Part shown: positions 20,824-31,591 of the stretch, one piece after another
Position numbering within the stretch: the stretch's first letter is position 1
How the letters are laid out: each line of letters opens with the position of its first letter
Assembly (NCBI GenBank): GCA_044229145.1
Contig: JBGATO010000020.1
Span: forward strand, 1 to 54,864
From: Candidatus Eiseniibacteriota bacterium
GTDB taxonomy: Bacteria; Eisenbacteria; RBG-16-71-46; CAZEPH01
Direction of reading: 5' to 3'
DNA: 54,864 nt
Notes under the pieces: model-generated
Databases searched by the model: none
Told to the model about the DNA's origin: nothing
What the model saw: only the letters and a program-made list of their open reading frames with translations
Translations under genes and position numbers: made by a program

Positions 20824-23800
20824 CTAGGGAGACGAGGGCGCGAGGTGACGGACGGCTGCGGCGAGCGCGGGCTCCCATCCCTCCACAGCGCCCGCCGCCC
20901 GCGCCGCGTCCGCCTCGGCGGCGCCGAGGGTCGCGGCGAGTTTCTCGGACGCCTCGACGAGCACGCGCGCGGCGAACGCCGAGGTGGGCGGCGCGTGGTA
21001 CGTCTCGCGCGCGCCGGCGGCGGCGCCGAAGAGCCACGCGGCCTCGCGCGCATCCTGCGGCAGCATCCACTGCGCCGCGGCCTCGAGCGCGTCGATGGCG
21101 AGCAGTGGGTCACGCACGTCGCGGAGGCGCCGGAGCGCATCGGCCAATCCCGCGCGCGATGCCTCGCGGTCTCCGGCCAAGAGATCCGCCATCGCGACAT
21201 TGATGCCGGCGCCGACGATCAGCCATTCGTGCCGCACCTCGCGTGCGATCTCCAGCGCGCGGACGTAGAACGGCCGCGCTGCCGTGACCTCGCCGCGGAT
21301 GAAGCGTGCGTGGCCGAGCGCGAAGAGCGGCAACACTTGCGGCTCGCGCACGCCGAGCGCGTCGTAGAGGGCGATCGACTGTGTGGCCAGCGGGACGATG
21401 CGCTCGTCGTCGCCGCGGTTGAGCGCGATGGCGGCGAGGTTGCTCAGGCATCCGGCCTCGAGGTACGTGCTGCCGACCGCGCGGAAGCAGGCGATCGCCT
21501 GCTCGTAGAACGGCTCCGCCTCGTCGTGCGCGCCGGTCGACAAGCCCAGGTTGCCGAGATTCATGTAGGCCTTGCCGAGATCGGCCTGCGCGTCGTGCGC
21601 GGCGAACACCGCCCGCGCGCCGAGGTAGAACGCGCGCGCGCCGTCGAGATCGCCGAGCCGGTAGCCGAAGTTGCCGGCGGTGAGCAGCGCCATGCCGTAG
21701 GCGTGGCTGTCGCGATCGAGGTCGGGGCGGGCGAGCACGCGCTGCGCCTCCTCGCGTCCCTCGGCGCAGCGGCCGGCTTTCAGCCAGTAGAGGCCGTAGT
21801 GGGCGAGCAGCGCCAGCGCGTCCGGGCCGCCGGCGGGATCGTCGGCGAGGCGATCGGCCACCGCGTGCACGTCGTGCTGCGCGTCGGCGAGCCGTGGCAT
21901 CCAGCGGCCGATGGCCGGCCCCCGGAGCGCCTCGCAGCCCTCCGCGACGAGCGCCAAGACATACGCGCGATGGCGTGCGAGAGCCGCGCGTTCCTCCTCC
22001 GGCGTCTCGTGCAGCTTGTCGGCGGCGTAGGCCCGCACGGTTTCGAGCAGCGAGTAGCGCGCCGTTTCGCCTTCGCCTCCGAGATCGCAGACCACCAGCG
22101 ACTTCTCGACCAAGTGCGTGAACAGGTCGAGCGCATCCCACGGGTCGAGGTCGCCACCCGCCGCCACAGCCTCGACGCCTTCGAGCGTCCACACGCCGCG
22201 GAACACCGACAGTCGCTGGAGCATCACCTGCTCGAGCGGCTCGAGGCGGTCGTAGCTCCAGTCGATCAGCGCGCGCAACGTCGCTTGATGCGGCGCGGCG
22301 GTGCGGGTGCCATGGGTGAGCAGCCGGAAGCGGTCGTCGAGCAGATCGCGAATCTTCTCGGGCGGCAACGTCTTGACGCGCGCCGCCGCGAGTTCGAGGG
22401 CGAGCGGGATGCCGTCGAGCCGGCGGCAGATGTCGGCGATCGCCGGGGCATTGCCGGCGGTGAGCGCGAAACCATCGTGCACCGCCCGCGCGCGGGCGAC
22501 GAATAGCTGCACCGCCTCGCTTTCCGCCGCTTCTGCTGCGGTGCGCGGCGCGGCGAGCGGGGCCAGCGGCAACACCGCTTCGCCGTCGACGCGGAGCCGC
22601 TCGCGGCTGGTGGCCAGCATGCGGACCGCCGGACACGCGCCGAGCAACGCCTCGACCAGCGCGGCGGATGCGTCGAGCACGTGCTCGCAGTTGTCGAGTA
22701 CGACGATGGCGTCTTTGTCGCGGAGGAGGTGGGTGAGCGCGGTGAGCGGCGGTGTTGCCGCGTCGCGGGTGCCGCCGCACGCCACGAGCACGGTTTCGGC
22801 CACGCGCGCGCCGTCCTCGATCGGCGAGAGTTCGGCGAGCCAGACGCCCTCGGCGACGCGATCTGCGAGATCGCTGGCGACCTCCACCGCGAGGCGCGAC
22901 TTGCCGCAGCCGCCGGCGCCGGTCAGCGTGACCACGCGGTGCTCGTCGAGCAAGCGCGCCACTGCGGCGCGCTCGCGCGTCCGGCCGATGAAATGTGTGC
23001 GGCGCAGCGGGACGTTGCCGCGTGTCGACGTGGCGGCGCGCATGGCCATCGCCCGCTCGCTGGCCGTGCGCGGGAGGGCGCGATCGGCGATGAGTTGCTC
23101 GAGCGCCGCGCGGGCGTCGCGCATGGTGGGACGATCGGCGGCGGTGCGCGCCAGGCAGCGCGTCAGCAGCGCCGCGAGCGGTGGCGGCAGCGCGGGCTCC
23201 ACGCTCGCCACCGCCTGCTCGGGTGCGAGCGCGAGCGTGGCGGCGACCCGCGCCGCGGCGGTCGGCGCCTCGACCAGCCGCCGGCCGCTCGCGCACTCGA
23301 ACAACAGGCAGCCGAGCGCCCACACGTCGCCGCGCTCGTCCATCGTTTCGCCGCGCAGTTGTTCGGGACACATGTACCCGGGCGTGCCCGCGAAGCGCGT
23401 GGTCGCCGACACCGCGTCGTCTTGCTTGCCTGGCGTGAGCCGCAGGGCCAACCCGAAGTCGAGCACCTTCACGCCGCCGGATTCGTCGAGCATCACGTTC
23501 GACGGCTTGAGATCACGGTGGATGACACCCTTGGCGTGGGCGGATTCGAGCGCGCGCGCCACCTGCCGCACCACCGCGAGCGCATCGTCCAGCGACAGCG
23601 GTGCGACCGCCAGCCGTTGGCGCACCGTGCGGCCGGGCAGATACTCCATCGTCAGGAATTGCCGCCCGTCGGCCTCTTCCAGCGTGAAGATGGTCGCGAT
23701 GTAGGGATCATTCACCGCGGCCAGCGCGCGGGCTTCGGCGAAGAAGGCATCGCGGGTGGCGGGGTGCGCGGCCAATCCGGGCGGCAACAACTTGAGCGCG

Positions 23801-23991
23801 ACGTCGCGCTGCAGGCGCGGATCCTGGGCGAGATAGACGACACCCATGCCGCCGCGGCCCAGTTCGCGGTAAATCGCGTAGTCGCCAATGCGCGCGGGCA
23901 ACGCGTCGCCCGCCATGTCCTGCGCCGGCGGGGCGCCGGGGAAGGAACTGAGCGTCGGGTCGTCGGGGGAGGTGGACGGCGTGGATCCCAT
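20824..23991 (-). CDS. Ser/Thr protein kinase - STAND (NB-ARC-like) ATPase - TPR fusion
   Basis: LGRGGMGVVY, VALK, HRDLKPSN, DFG, GTPGYMCPE; P-loop GAGGCGKS, Walker B VVLDNCEH, LDGIPLALELAA; C-terminal TPR-like repeats. Confidence 0.92.
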   Translation of the reverse strand: MGSTPSTSPDDPTLSSFPGAPPAQDMAGDALPARIGDYAIYRELGRGGMGVVYLAQDPRLQRDVALKLLPPGLAAHPATRDAFFAEARALAAVNDPYIATIFTLEEADGRQFLTMEYLPGRTVRQRLAVAPLSLDDALAVVRQVARALESAHAKGVIHRDLKPSNVMLDESGGVKVLDFGLALRLTPGKQDDAVSATTRFAGTPGYMCPEQLRGETMDERGDVWALGCLLFECASGRRLVEAPTAAARVAATLALAPEQAVASVEPALPPPLAALLTRCLARTAADRPTMRDARAALEQLIADRALPRTASERAMAMRAATSTRGNVPLRRTHFIGRTRERAAVARLLDEHRVVTLTGAGGCGKSRLAVEVASDLADRVAEGVWLAELSPIEDGARVAETVLVACGGTRDAATPPLTALTHLLRDKDAIVVLDNCEHVLDASAALVEALLGACPAVRMLATSRERLRVDGEAVLPLAPLAAPRTAAEAAESEAVQLFVARARAVHDGFALTAGNAPAIADICRRLDGIPLALELAAARVKTLPPEKIRDLLDDRFRLLTHGTRTAAPHQATLRALIDWSYDRLEPLEQVMLQRLSVFRGVWTLEGVEAVAAGGDLDPWDALDLFTHLVEKSLVVCDLGGEGETARYSLLETVRAYAADKLHETPEEERAALARHRAYVLALVAEGCEALRGPAIGRWMPRLADAQHDVHAVADRLADDPAGGPDALALLAHYGLYWLKAGRCAEGREEAQRVLARPDLDRDSHAYGMALLTAGNFGYRLGDLDGARAFYLGARAVFAAHDAQADLGKAYMNLGNLGLSTGAHDEAEPFYEQAIACFRAVGSTYLEAGCLSNLAAIALNRGDDERIVPLATQSIALYDALGVREPQVLPLFALGHARFIRGEVTAARPFYVRALEIAREVRHEWLIVGAGINVAMADLLAGDREASRAGLADALRRLRDVRDPLLAIDALEAAAQWMLPQDAREAAWLFGAAAGARETYHAPPTSAFAARVLVEASEKLAATLGAAEADAARAAGAVEGWEPALAAAVRHLAPSSP

Positions 23992-24147
23992 CGCCCGGGA
24001 GTGAACCCGAAGAGCGGCACCGCCCGCAAGTTACCACTCGGCGGACCGCGGCTTGGCGGTTGCGCGGCCGGCGCCGCCGCGCCTACGCTGGCCACCTCGG
24101 CCCGTGACGGCGCATGGCGCGCCGCGGCCGCCCGATTCGGAGGTGTG

Positions 24148-26205
24148 GTGAGCGACACGCAATCCGCCGCCAAGCGCGGCATGACCCTCGACGATCTCGC
24201 CCGCATCGAGATCCCGAACGACCCGCAGATCAGCCCCGACGGCGCGTGGGTGGTGTGGTCGCAGCAGCGCATGGACCGCAAGAAGGACAAGTACTTCGCG
24301 AACCTGTGGATCGCGCCGGCGGATGGCAGTGCCGCGCCGCGCGCGCTCACCGTCGGCGACCACAAGGACATCCACGCGGTGTGGGCGCCGGATTCGACGC
24401 GGCTCGCCTTCGTCTCGACGCGCGATGGCGCGAGCAATATCTGGATGATCCGCCGCGACGGCGGCGAGGCGGTGCGCGTCACCGATCTGCACGGCGATAT
24501 CGACGCGCTCACGTGGTCCCCGGACGGCGCCACGATCGCCTACACATTCCGCCCCGAGGACCCGCCGCTGCCCGCCGATCCTGGCGGTCCAGAGCCGAGC
24601 GACGCCGACAAGTCCAAGCCGCCGCGCTATCGCCACATCACGCGGCTGCACTACAAGGAAGACGGCATCGGCTTCCTGCCGCAGTCGCACCAGCACCTCT
24701 ACGTGCTGTCGATCGACGGTTGCTCCGCGACCGGCGAGCCGCGCCAGGTGACCGACGGCGACTACGACGACACGCACCCGACGTGGGCGCCCGATGGCCA
24801 GCACCTCGCCTTCTTCAGCAAGCGCATGCCGGACGCTGAATACTACGAGGCGTTCACGCACATCTACCGCGTGCCGGCGGCCGGCGGGGCGATCGAACAG
24901 CTCACGCACGACGAAGGCGATCGCCAGGCAATGGCGTATTCGCCCGACGGCAAGTGGCTCGCCTACATCGGCCACACCGATCCCACCGACGGCGGCTGCA
25001 TGATCAACATGCATCCGTGGGTGATCCCGTCGGCCGGCGGCGCGCCGCGCGACCTGACGCCGGCGTTCGACCGCAGCGCGCTCAACTCGCACATCAACGA
25101 TCTCAACGGTGCGTTCAACGCGCTGCTCGCGTGGAGTCCCGACGGCGGCACCGTCTACTTCTTCGCCGTGGACCGTGGCGCGGTGCGCATCTTCCGCGTG
25201 CCGTTCGCGGGCGGCATGCCGGAGCCGCTCACCGGCGAACGCGAATACGTCTATGCCGTCACCGCCGACGCGCGCGCGGCGCGCTTCGCGTTTGGCCTCG
25301 GCACGCCGTCGTCGCCGGGCGAGATCTGCGTGCTCGACGTGGCCAGTGGCGCGCGGCGCGTGCTCACCGACGTCAATCCGTGGCTGCGCGACGAGATCGA
25401 GCTCGCCGAGGTCGAGGAGTTCACCGTCGCCGGCGCCGGCGGCCCGATCCACGGCTGGCGTGTGCGGCCGCCGCGGTGTCTCGGTCTCGCTGCGGACGCG
25501 AAGCTTCCGGCCTTCCTGCACATCCACGGCGGCCCGCACTGCATGTACGGCTGGGGCATGGTGCACGAGTTCCAGATGCTCGCGGCGCGCGGCTTCGTCG
25601 TCGTGTGGACGAACCCGCGCGGCGGCCAGGGCTACGGCCAAGAGTGGGTGAGCGCGATCAAGGGCGCGTGGGGCGGCGTCGACTACGACGACCTCATGAC
25701 GGTGGCCGACGCGATGGCGGCGTGGCCGTTCGTCGATGCCGCACGCCTGGGCGTCGGCGGCGGCTCGTACGGTGGCTACATGACGAACTGGATCGTCGGC
25801 CACACCGACCGCTTCAAGGCCGCGATCACCATGCGGTCGATCTCCAACCTGCACAGCGACTCCGGCACGTCCGATTTCGGCTACTTCGACGCGCAGTATT
25901 GGGGCGCCCACACGTGGGACGACCCGCAGCGCTTCCTCGATCGCTCGCCGATCACGTACGTGAAGAACGTGCGCACGCCGCTGCTCATCCTGCACAGCGA
26001 GAATGACCACCGCTGCCCGGTGGAGCAGGCCGAGCAGTTCTACACCGCACTCAAGTACCTCCGGCAGACGGTCGAGTTCGTGCGCTATCCCGAGGAGAGC
26101 CACGGCATCACGCGCGGCGGCACACCGTCGCGGCGCTTCGACCACCAGGCGCGGACGCGCGACTGGCTAGAGCGATTCTTGGGGCCGGTGGCGGGGAAGG
26201 CCTGA
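24148..26205 (+). CDS. S9 family peptidase (acylaminoacyl/dipeptidyl peptidase), copy 1
   Basis: PD40-like WSPDG repeats, HIHGGPH, GGSYGG, SENDHRCP, EESHG; no signal peptide. Confidence 0.93.
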   Translation: MSDTQSAAKRGMTLDDLARIEIPNDPQISPDGAWVVWSQQRMDRKKDKYFANLWIAPADGSAAPRALTVGDHKDIHAVWAPDSTRLAFVSTRDGASNIWMIRRDGGEAVRVTDLHGDIDALTWSPDGATIAYTFRPEDPPLPADPGGPEPSDADKSKPPRYRHITRLHYKEDGIGFLPQSHQHLYVLSIDGCSATGEPRQVTDGDYDDTHPTWAPDGQHLAFFSKRMPDAEYYEAFTHIYRVPAAGGAIEQLTHDEGDRQAMAYSPDGKWLAYIGHTDPTDGGCMINMHPWVIPSAGGAPRDLTPAFDRSALNSHINDLNGAFNALLAWSPDGGTVYFFAVDRGAVRIFRVPFAGGMPEPLTGEREYVYAVTADARAARFAFGLGTPSSPGEICVLDVASGARRVLTDVNPWLRDEIELAEVEEFTVAGAGGPIHGWRVRPPRCLGLAADAKLPAFLHIHGGPHCMYGWGMVHEFQMLAARGFVVVWTNPRGGQGYGQEWVSAIKGAWGGVDYDDLMTVADAMAAWPFVDAARLGVGGGSYGGYMTNWIVGHTDRFKAAITMRSISNLHSDSGTSDFGYFDAQYWGAHTWDDPQRFLDRSPITYVKNVRTPLLILHSENDHRCPVEQAEQFYTALKYLRQTVEFVRYPEESHGITRGGTPSRRFDHQARTRDWLERFLGPVAGKA

Positions 26206-26230
26206 CGCGGCGGACGGCCCGGTATATAGT
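26202..26230 (+). promoter_or_regulatory. Internal sigma70-type promoter
   Basis: CTGACG-N17-TATAGT upstream of SD AGGAG and GTG 26265. Confidence 0.45.
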
Positions 26231-26264
26231 TCGCGCGACTCCCCACTGCCATCAGGAGACTCCC

Positions 26265-28313
26265 GTGTCCGCTTCGCCCGTCGCCACTCGCCGTGGCATG
26301 ACCCTCGACGACCTCACGCGTTTTCGCATCGCCACCGAACCGCGGCTGTCGCCCGATGCGCGGTGGATCGCCTTCACGCTGCAGCGCATGGCGCGCGACA
26401 AGGACACCTACTACTCGAATCTGTGGCTGGTGCCGGCGGACGGATCGCGGCCGGCGCGCGCGTTTACCAGCGGCGACGTCAAGGATCGCGGCGCGCAGTG
26501 GTCGCCGGACGGCACGCGGCTGGCGTTCGTGTCGAATCGCGATGGTGGCTCGCACATCTACGTGATTCGCGTCGACGGCGGGGAAGCACAACGGCTCACT
26601 GAATCGAAGGGCGACGTCGACGCGCTCGCGTGGTCGCCCGACGGCGCGCGGCTCGCGTTCACGTTCCGCGCCGAGGACACGCCGCTGCCGGCCGATCCCG
26701 GCGGGCCGGAGCCGAAGGACGACGCGCCGCCGCGCTATCGCCACGTCACGCGTCTGCACTACAAGGAAGACGGCGTCGGCTTCGTGCCGCGCGAATGGCA
26801 GCACGTGTGGGTGGTGGATGTCGACGACACGCGCGCGACCGGCGAGCCGCGCCAGCTTACGTTCGGTGATGCCGACGACAAGGAGCCAGTGTGGTCGCCC
26901 GACGGCGCCGCGCTCTACTTCCTCAGCAATCGCCGCGAATTCGCCGACTGGGACGAAGGCCGCGTCGATCTCTACCGCGTGCCGGCCGAGGGTGGCGACA
27001 TCGCGCAGGTCACGCCGCTGGATGGCCCGAAGACCGCGGTCGCGGTGGCCGCCGACGGCGCGAGCTGCGTGCTGATCGGCCACGACGATCCGATCGACGG
27101 CTGGGGCACCAAGAACGTCCACGTGTGGTCGGTGGATTTGCGCGACGGCCGCGCGCGCGATCTCATGCCGGGCGTCGATCTGTGTTGCGTCGACTACCTG
27201 CTGACCGACGTGCGGCCGGCCGGCGCGCAGCGGGTGCGCTACAGCGCCGACGGCACGCGCCTCTACGTCGTCGCGGGCGAACGCGGTGCCGGCCGCATCT
27301 ACGAGATGCCGGTGGGCGGCGGCGCGCCGCGCGCGATCACCGCCGACAAGCAGGATGTCGGCGACTTCTCGCTGGCCGGCGTGCGGCTGGCTTTCGTGCG
27401 CGCGACGACGCAGTCGCCCGGCGAGGTCTGCGCGTTCGACATCCCGACCGGCGAGACGCGCGTGTTGACGCAGCTCAATGCCTGGATCGACGACGAGATC
27501 GAGCTCGCCGAAGTCGAGGAACTCGAGGTGGCGGGCGACGGCGGCCCGATCCAGGTGTGGCGGGTGCGTCCGCCGCGCTGCGCCGGTGTGCCGGACGGCA
27601 CCGCGTTGCCGGCCGTGCTCCACATCCACGGCGGCCCGCACACGATGTACGGCTTCACGCTCGTCCACGAGTTTCAGATGCTGGCGGCGCGCGGCTTCGT
27701 CGTCGCCTGGTGCAATCCGCGCGGCTCCCTCGGCTACGGCGAAGCGTGGACCTCGGCGATCAAGGGCGACTGGGGCAACAAGGACGCCGCCGACTTCCTC
27801 GCGGTGGCGGACGCGATGGCGTCGTGGCCGCACGTCGACGCCGCGCGCATCGGCGTCGGTGGCGGATCGTACGGCGGCTACATGACGAACTGGCTGATTG
27901 GCCACACCACGCGCTTCAAGGCCGCGGTCACCATGCGCAGCGTCACCAACCTGCACTCGTTCTTCATGAACTCCGACTTCGGCTACGGCTCGGCCAGCTA
28001 CTGGGGCGTGCCGGCGTGGGAGCGCCCCGACATCTACCTCGCGCAGTCGCCGATCACCTACGTGACGAACGTCGAGACGCCGCTGTTGATCCTGCACGCC
28101 GAGAACGACTTCCGCTGTCCGATCGATCAGGCCGAGCAGTTGTACACGGCGCTGCGCTACATGAAGAAGACGGTGGAGTTCGTGCGCTATCCGGTAGAGT
28201 CGCACGGACAAACGCGCGGCGGCACGCCGTCGCGTCGCCTCGATCACCAGCGCCGCACGCGCGACTGGTTCGAGCGCTTCCTCGGGCCGATGACCGCGGC
28301 CGCCGCGGAGTGA
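26265..28313 (+). CDS. S9 family peptidase, copy 2 (tandem paralog)
   Basis: HIHGGPH, GGSYGG, AENDFRCP, VESHG; collinear with copy 1. Confidence 0.93.
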   Translation: MSASPVATRRGMTLDDLTRFRIATEPRLSPDARWIAFTLQRMARDKDTYYSNLWLVPADGSRPARAFTSGDVKDRGAQWSPDGTRLAFVSNRDGGSHIYVIRVDGGEAQRLTESKGDVDALAWSPDGARLAFTFRAEDTPLPADPGGPEPKDDAPPRYRHVTRLHYKEDGVGFVPREWQHVWVVDVDDTRATGEPRQLTFGDADDKEPVWSPDGAALYFLSNRREFADWDEGRVDLYRVPAEGGDIAQVTPLDGPKTAVAVAADGASCVLIGHDDPIDGWGTKNVHVWSVDLRDGRARDLMPGVDLCCVDYLLTDVRPAGAQRVRYSADGTRLYVVAGERGAGRIYEMPVGGGAPRAITADKQDVGDFSLAGVRLAFVRATTQSPGEVCAFDIPTGETRVLTQLNAWIDDEIELAEVEELEVAGDGGPIQVWRVRPPRCAGVPDGTALPAVLHIHGGPHTMYGFTLVHEFQMLAARGFVVAWCNPRGSLGYGEAWTSAIKGDWGNKDAADFLAVADAMASWPHVDAARIGVGGGSYGGYMTNWLIGHTTRFKAAVTMRSVTNLHSFFMNSDFGYGSASYWGVPAWERPDIYLAQSPITYVTNVETPLLILHAENDFRCPIDQAEQLYTALRYMKKTVEFVRYPVESHGQTRGGTPSRRLDHQRRTRDWFERFLGPMTAAAAE

Positions 28314-30664
28314 TGCGGCGTCTCACGGCGTGCGCGCTCGTCCTGGCGGCGAGTGTCGCGGTGGCGCATGCGGCGCCCCGACCGCGCGCGGAGATTTCGC
28401 CGTTCGTGCCGGTCCCGGCCGGCGCGCCGCGCCCCGACGCGGCGTTGCAGATCGCGTGGGATTCGCTCGGGGTGCCGCACATCGCGGCCGCGACACGGCT
28501 CGACGCTTACTTTGGCCTCGGCGTTGCGTTGGCGCACGACCGGCTGTTCGAAATGGATTACCTGCGGCGCCGCGCTCGCGGGGAATCCGCGTCGATGCTG
28601 GGCAACGCGGCGTTGCGCGCCGATGGCTTCGTCCGCTTGCTCGGTCTCGGCGCGGCGGCGGATCGCTTCGCCGCCGCGCAGCCGGCGGATGCGTGGTCCA
28701 CCCGCATCCTCGACCGCTTCACCGATGGTGTGAACGCCGGGATGGCACTGTGGCCGTCGCCGCCCGCCGAGTATCGCGCGTGCGGCGCGTCGCCGCGGCC
28801 GTGGCGTCGCGCCGACATCATCGCGCTCGTCTTGGCGCAGGGACTCACGCTCGATTTCGACACCGGCGAACTCGAGGAGGCGGCGCGCCGTGCCGCGTGG
28901 CCGCTCGCGCGCTGGGCGGAGTGGACGCGCCACGAACCGTGGGTGCGCTACGCGAGTGTCGAAGGGCGCACGGTGACGCAGAGCTTGCCGCCGCTGGCCG
29001 GCGCGCTGCCGCCGCGCGGCGCAGCCGACGATGCCTCGCCAGGCGGCGACGGCTACGCCGCGGCGCGCGCGTTCCTCGGACCCGACGACGACGCGCGTCG
29101 CCAGGCCAGCAATGCGTGGGTGGTGAGCGGCGCGCGCGCCGCCGGCGGCAAGCCGTTGCTCGCCAACGATCCGCATCTCGATCTCACCGCGCCGTCGATC
29201 TGGTACTGCGCGCACTTGCATGTCGACGATTCGCTCGATGTCGCGGGCGTGCTGGTGCCGGGCGTGCCGTTCATCGCCTCCGGACGCAACGCGCATGTCG
29301 CGTGGGGCATCACGGCGCTCGGCGCAGACGTCGTCGACTTCACGACCGAGTTGATCTCGCCCGACAAGCGCGCGGTGTTGCGCGACGGCGCGTGGGTGCC
29401 GATGCAGCGTGCGCCGCTCGGGTTGCGGTACAAGCTCGGCCCGCTGTCGCTGCCGGTTCCGGTGGCGCGGCGGTTGACGCCCGGCGGCGTGCTGCTCACC
29501 GACGATTCCGGGGGCCGCCGCGGCTACGCGGTGCGGTGGGCGCCGCTCGAGCGCGCGACGTTCGACTGTTCCTACTTCGGCATCGAGGACGTGCGCTCGG
29601 TCGCCGAACTGCGCGCGCGGCTGCGCGGCGCCGAGACGCCGACGCTCAACGTGGTCGCGGCCGATGATGCCGGGCACATCGCCTATCAGACGATCGGCTT
29701 GATTCCCCGCCGCGACGCGCCGCCGCTCGACACGCCGGCGCCCGGCTGGGTCGCGCCGGTGGCGTGGCGCGGCTTCGTGCCGTTCGACTCGTTGCCGGCG
29801 GTGATGGATCCGGCGCGCGGTTACTGCGTGACGGCGAACAACGCGCCGGCGCTCGACTGCGCGTGGCTCGGCGACTACAGCGTGCCGGAATACCGTGCGC
29901 GGCGCGTCGCCGAGTTGCTCGAACAGGCGCCGGCGGCGATGACCCTCGACGACATGGCGCGCATTCAGCTCGACACGCAGACGCCGGACGCGCGCGAGTT
30001 CCTTCCGGCGATGCTGGCGTTGGCCGAACGCACGACGCCCGGAGCGCGCGAACGTCAGGCGCTCGACCTGCTGCGAGCCTGGGATCGCGACGCGACGCAG
30101 GAGAGCGTCGGCGAGACGCTCTTCCGCGCGTGGTGGGGCCGGCTTGCCGCGCACACGCCGGCGCTGGCGCACCGCGCGGTGTGGGCGCGGGCGCTCGACG
30201 GCCAGGCGCAGGCGGACTGGTGGGACGACCCGGCGACCGCCGCGCGCGAGACCGCGCCGCAGGTCTGCGCCACGGCGCTGCGCGAGGCGTGCGACAAGCT
30301 CGCCGCGTCGTACGGGGGCGATCTCACACGCTGGCACTACGGCCCGGCGCACCGCGCGCGCTTCGCGCATCCGCTCGATTCGTCGGACCGCACGTGGGGC
30401 GCGGAGATCGCGTCGGCCGGTGACCCGCATTCGGTGCGGCACGGGAATTCCCAACTCCCGGCGTCGCCGTACAGCACACACGCCGCCTCGTGGCGGCTCT
30501 TGGTGGATTTGTCGACGCCGAACGAACTGCGGTGCGTGTTGCCGCCTGGCAATGGCGCGACGCCCGACCCGGCGATGCTGCGCCGGTGGGCAGACGGCCG
30601 TTACGCGACGCTCACACTTGCGATGCCCACCGACGCCACGGCGCGCCTGCGCCTGGCGCCGTAG
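28313..30664 (+). CDS. Penicillin acylase / Ntn-hydrolase family protein (secreted)
   Basis: Signal peptide, WDSLGVPHI, AHDRLFEMD, beta-chain start SNAWVV, LLANDPHL, TANN; TGATG coupling with upstream gene. Confidence 0.9.
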   Translation: MRRLTACALVLAASVAVAHAAPRPRAEISPFVPVPAGAPRPDAALQIAWDSLGVPHIAAATRLDAYFGLGVALAHDRLFEMDYLRRRARGESASMLGNAALRADGFVRLLGLGAAADRFAAAQPADAWSTRILDRFTDGVNAGMALWPSPPAEYRACGASPRPWRRADIIALVLAQGLTLDFDTGELEEAARRAAWPLARWAEWTRHEPWVRYASVEGRTVTQSLPPLAGALPPRGAADDASPGGDGYAAARAFLGPDDDARRQASNAWVVSGARAAGGKPLLANDPHLDLTAPSIWYCAHLHVDDSLDVAGVLVPGVPFIASGRNAHVAWGITALGADVVDFTTELISPDKRAVLRDGAWVPMQRAPLGLRYKLGPLSLPVPVARRLTPGGVLLTDDSGGRRGYAVRWAPLERATFDCSYFGIEDVRSVAELRARLRGAETPTLNVVAADDAGHIAYQTIGLIPRRDAPPLDTPAPGWVAPVAWRGFVPFDSLPAVMDPARGYCVTANNAPALDCAWLGDYSVPEYRARRVAELLEQAPAAMTLDDMARIQLDTQTPDAREFLPAMLALAERTTPGARERQALDLLRAWDRDATQESVGETLFRAWWGRLAAHTPALAHRAVWARALDGQAQADWWDDPATAARETAPQVCATALREACDKLAASYGGDLTRWHYGPAHRARFAHPLDSSDRTWGAEIASAGDPHSVRHGNSQLPASPYSTHAASWRLLVDLSTPNELRCVLPPGNGATPDPAMLRRWADGRYATLTLAMPTDATARLRLAP

Positions 30665-31591
30665 CTACACCGCCGGCTTCTCGCGCAACTTCGGCGCGTA
30701 TTCGGCCAGCGCCTTGCGCAGCGGCGTCAGCACCAGCCCGAAGCGTTCCGCCACCGGCAGCGGATCGCACGTCAACGTCTCCTGGATCATCGCAATCTGG
30801 TCGCGCGTCACCGGCGGGCTGTCGAGCACCGTTTCCAACACCTGCGCCGCCACCCGCGCCATCCCCACAGGCACGTGCGCCATCGTGTGCCGCTTGCCGT
30901 CGAGCAGTGCCTCGCTCAGCGCCTGCACGAACTCCTCGAACGTCATGACGTCCGGACCGCCGACATCGAACGATTCGTTGACGCCCGTGCCGTCGAGCGC
31001 CGCGCCGACCACCAGCCGCGCGAGGTCCTCGACGTAGACCGGTTGGAGCTTCTGGCGCCCATCGCCGATCAGCGGCACCGGCCACGGCGCCCGCAACATC
31101 TCGACGAACTGCCGCACCAAGCCGCCGTCGTGGCCGTGCACGAGGGACGGGCGGAAGATCGTCCACTGCGTCGAACTGCGCATGATGATTTCTTCTGCAC
31201 CCATCTTGCTGCGGGCGTAGGCCGAGGTGTCGCCGCTGCGCGGCCCGAGCGCGCTGACGTACACCAGCCGCTCCACTTTGCGTTCGGCCATCGACGCGAT
31301 GACGTTGCGCGTGCCCTCGGCGTGGACCGAGACGAAGCGCTGGCCGCCATTCTCGCGAATGATCCCGACGAGATGGACGACCGCATCGACACCTGGCAGT
31401 GCGTTGGAGATCGAGATGGCGTCGGAGATGTCGCCGTGCGCGACCTCGAAGGAATCGAGCGGCAGATCGGCGAGGTTCGAATGCGGACGGGCGAAGCAGC
31501 GGACGATGACGCCGCGCTCGGCGAGCGCGCGACAGACATGTCGCCCGATGAAGCCGCTGGCACCTGTGACCAACACACGCGTGATGGCCAT
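30665..31591 (-). CDS. NAD-dependent epimerase/dehydratase, NDUFA9-like
   Basis: VLVTGASGFIG, HLVGII, VSALG, YARSK, FRPSLVHG, QPVYVED; SD AGGAGG. Confidence 0.9.
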   Translation of the reverse strand: MAITRVLVTGASGFIGRHVCRALAERGVIVRCFARPHSNLADLPLDSFEVAHGDISDAISISNALPGVDAVVHLVGIIRENGGQRFVSVHAEGTRNVIASMAERKVERLVYVSALGPRSGDTSAYARSKMGAEEIIMRSSTQWTIFRPSLVHGHDGGLVRQFVEMLRAPWPVPLIGDGRQKLQPVYVEDLARLVVGAALDGTGVNESFDVGGPDVMTFEEFVQALSEALLDGKRHTMAHVPVGMARVAAQVLETVLDSPPVTRDQIAMIQETLTCDPLPVAERFGLVLTPLRKALAEYAPKLREKPAV

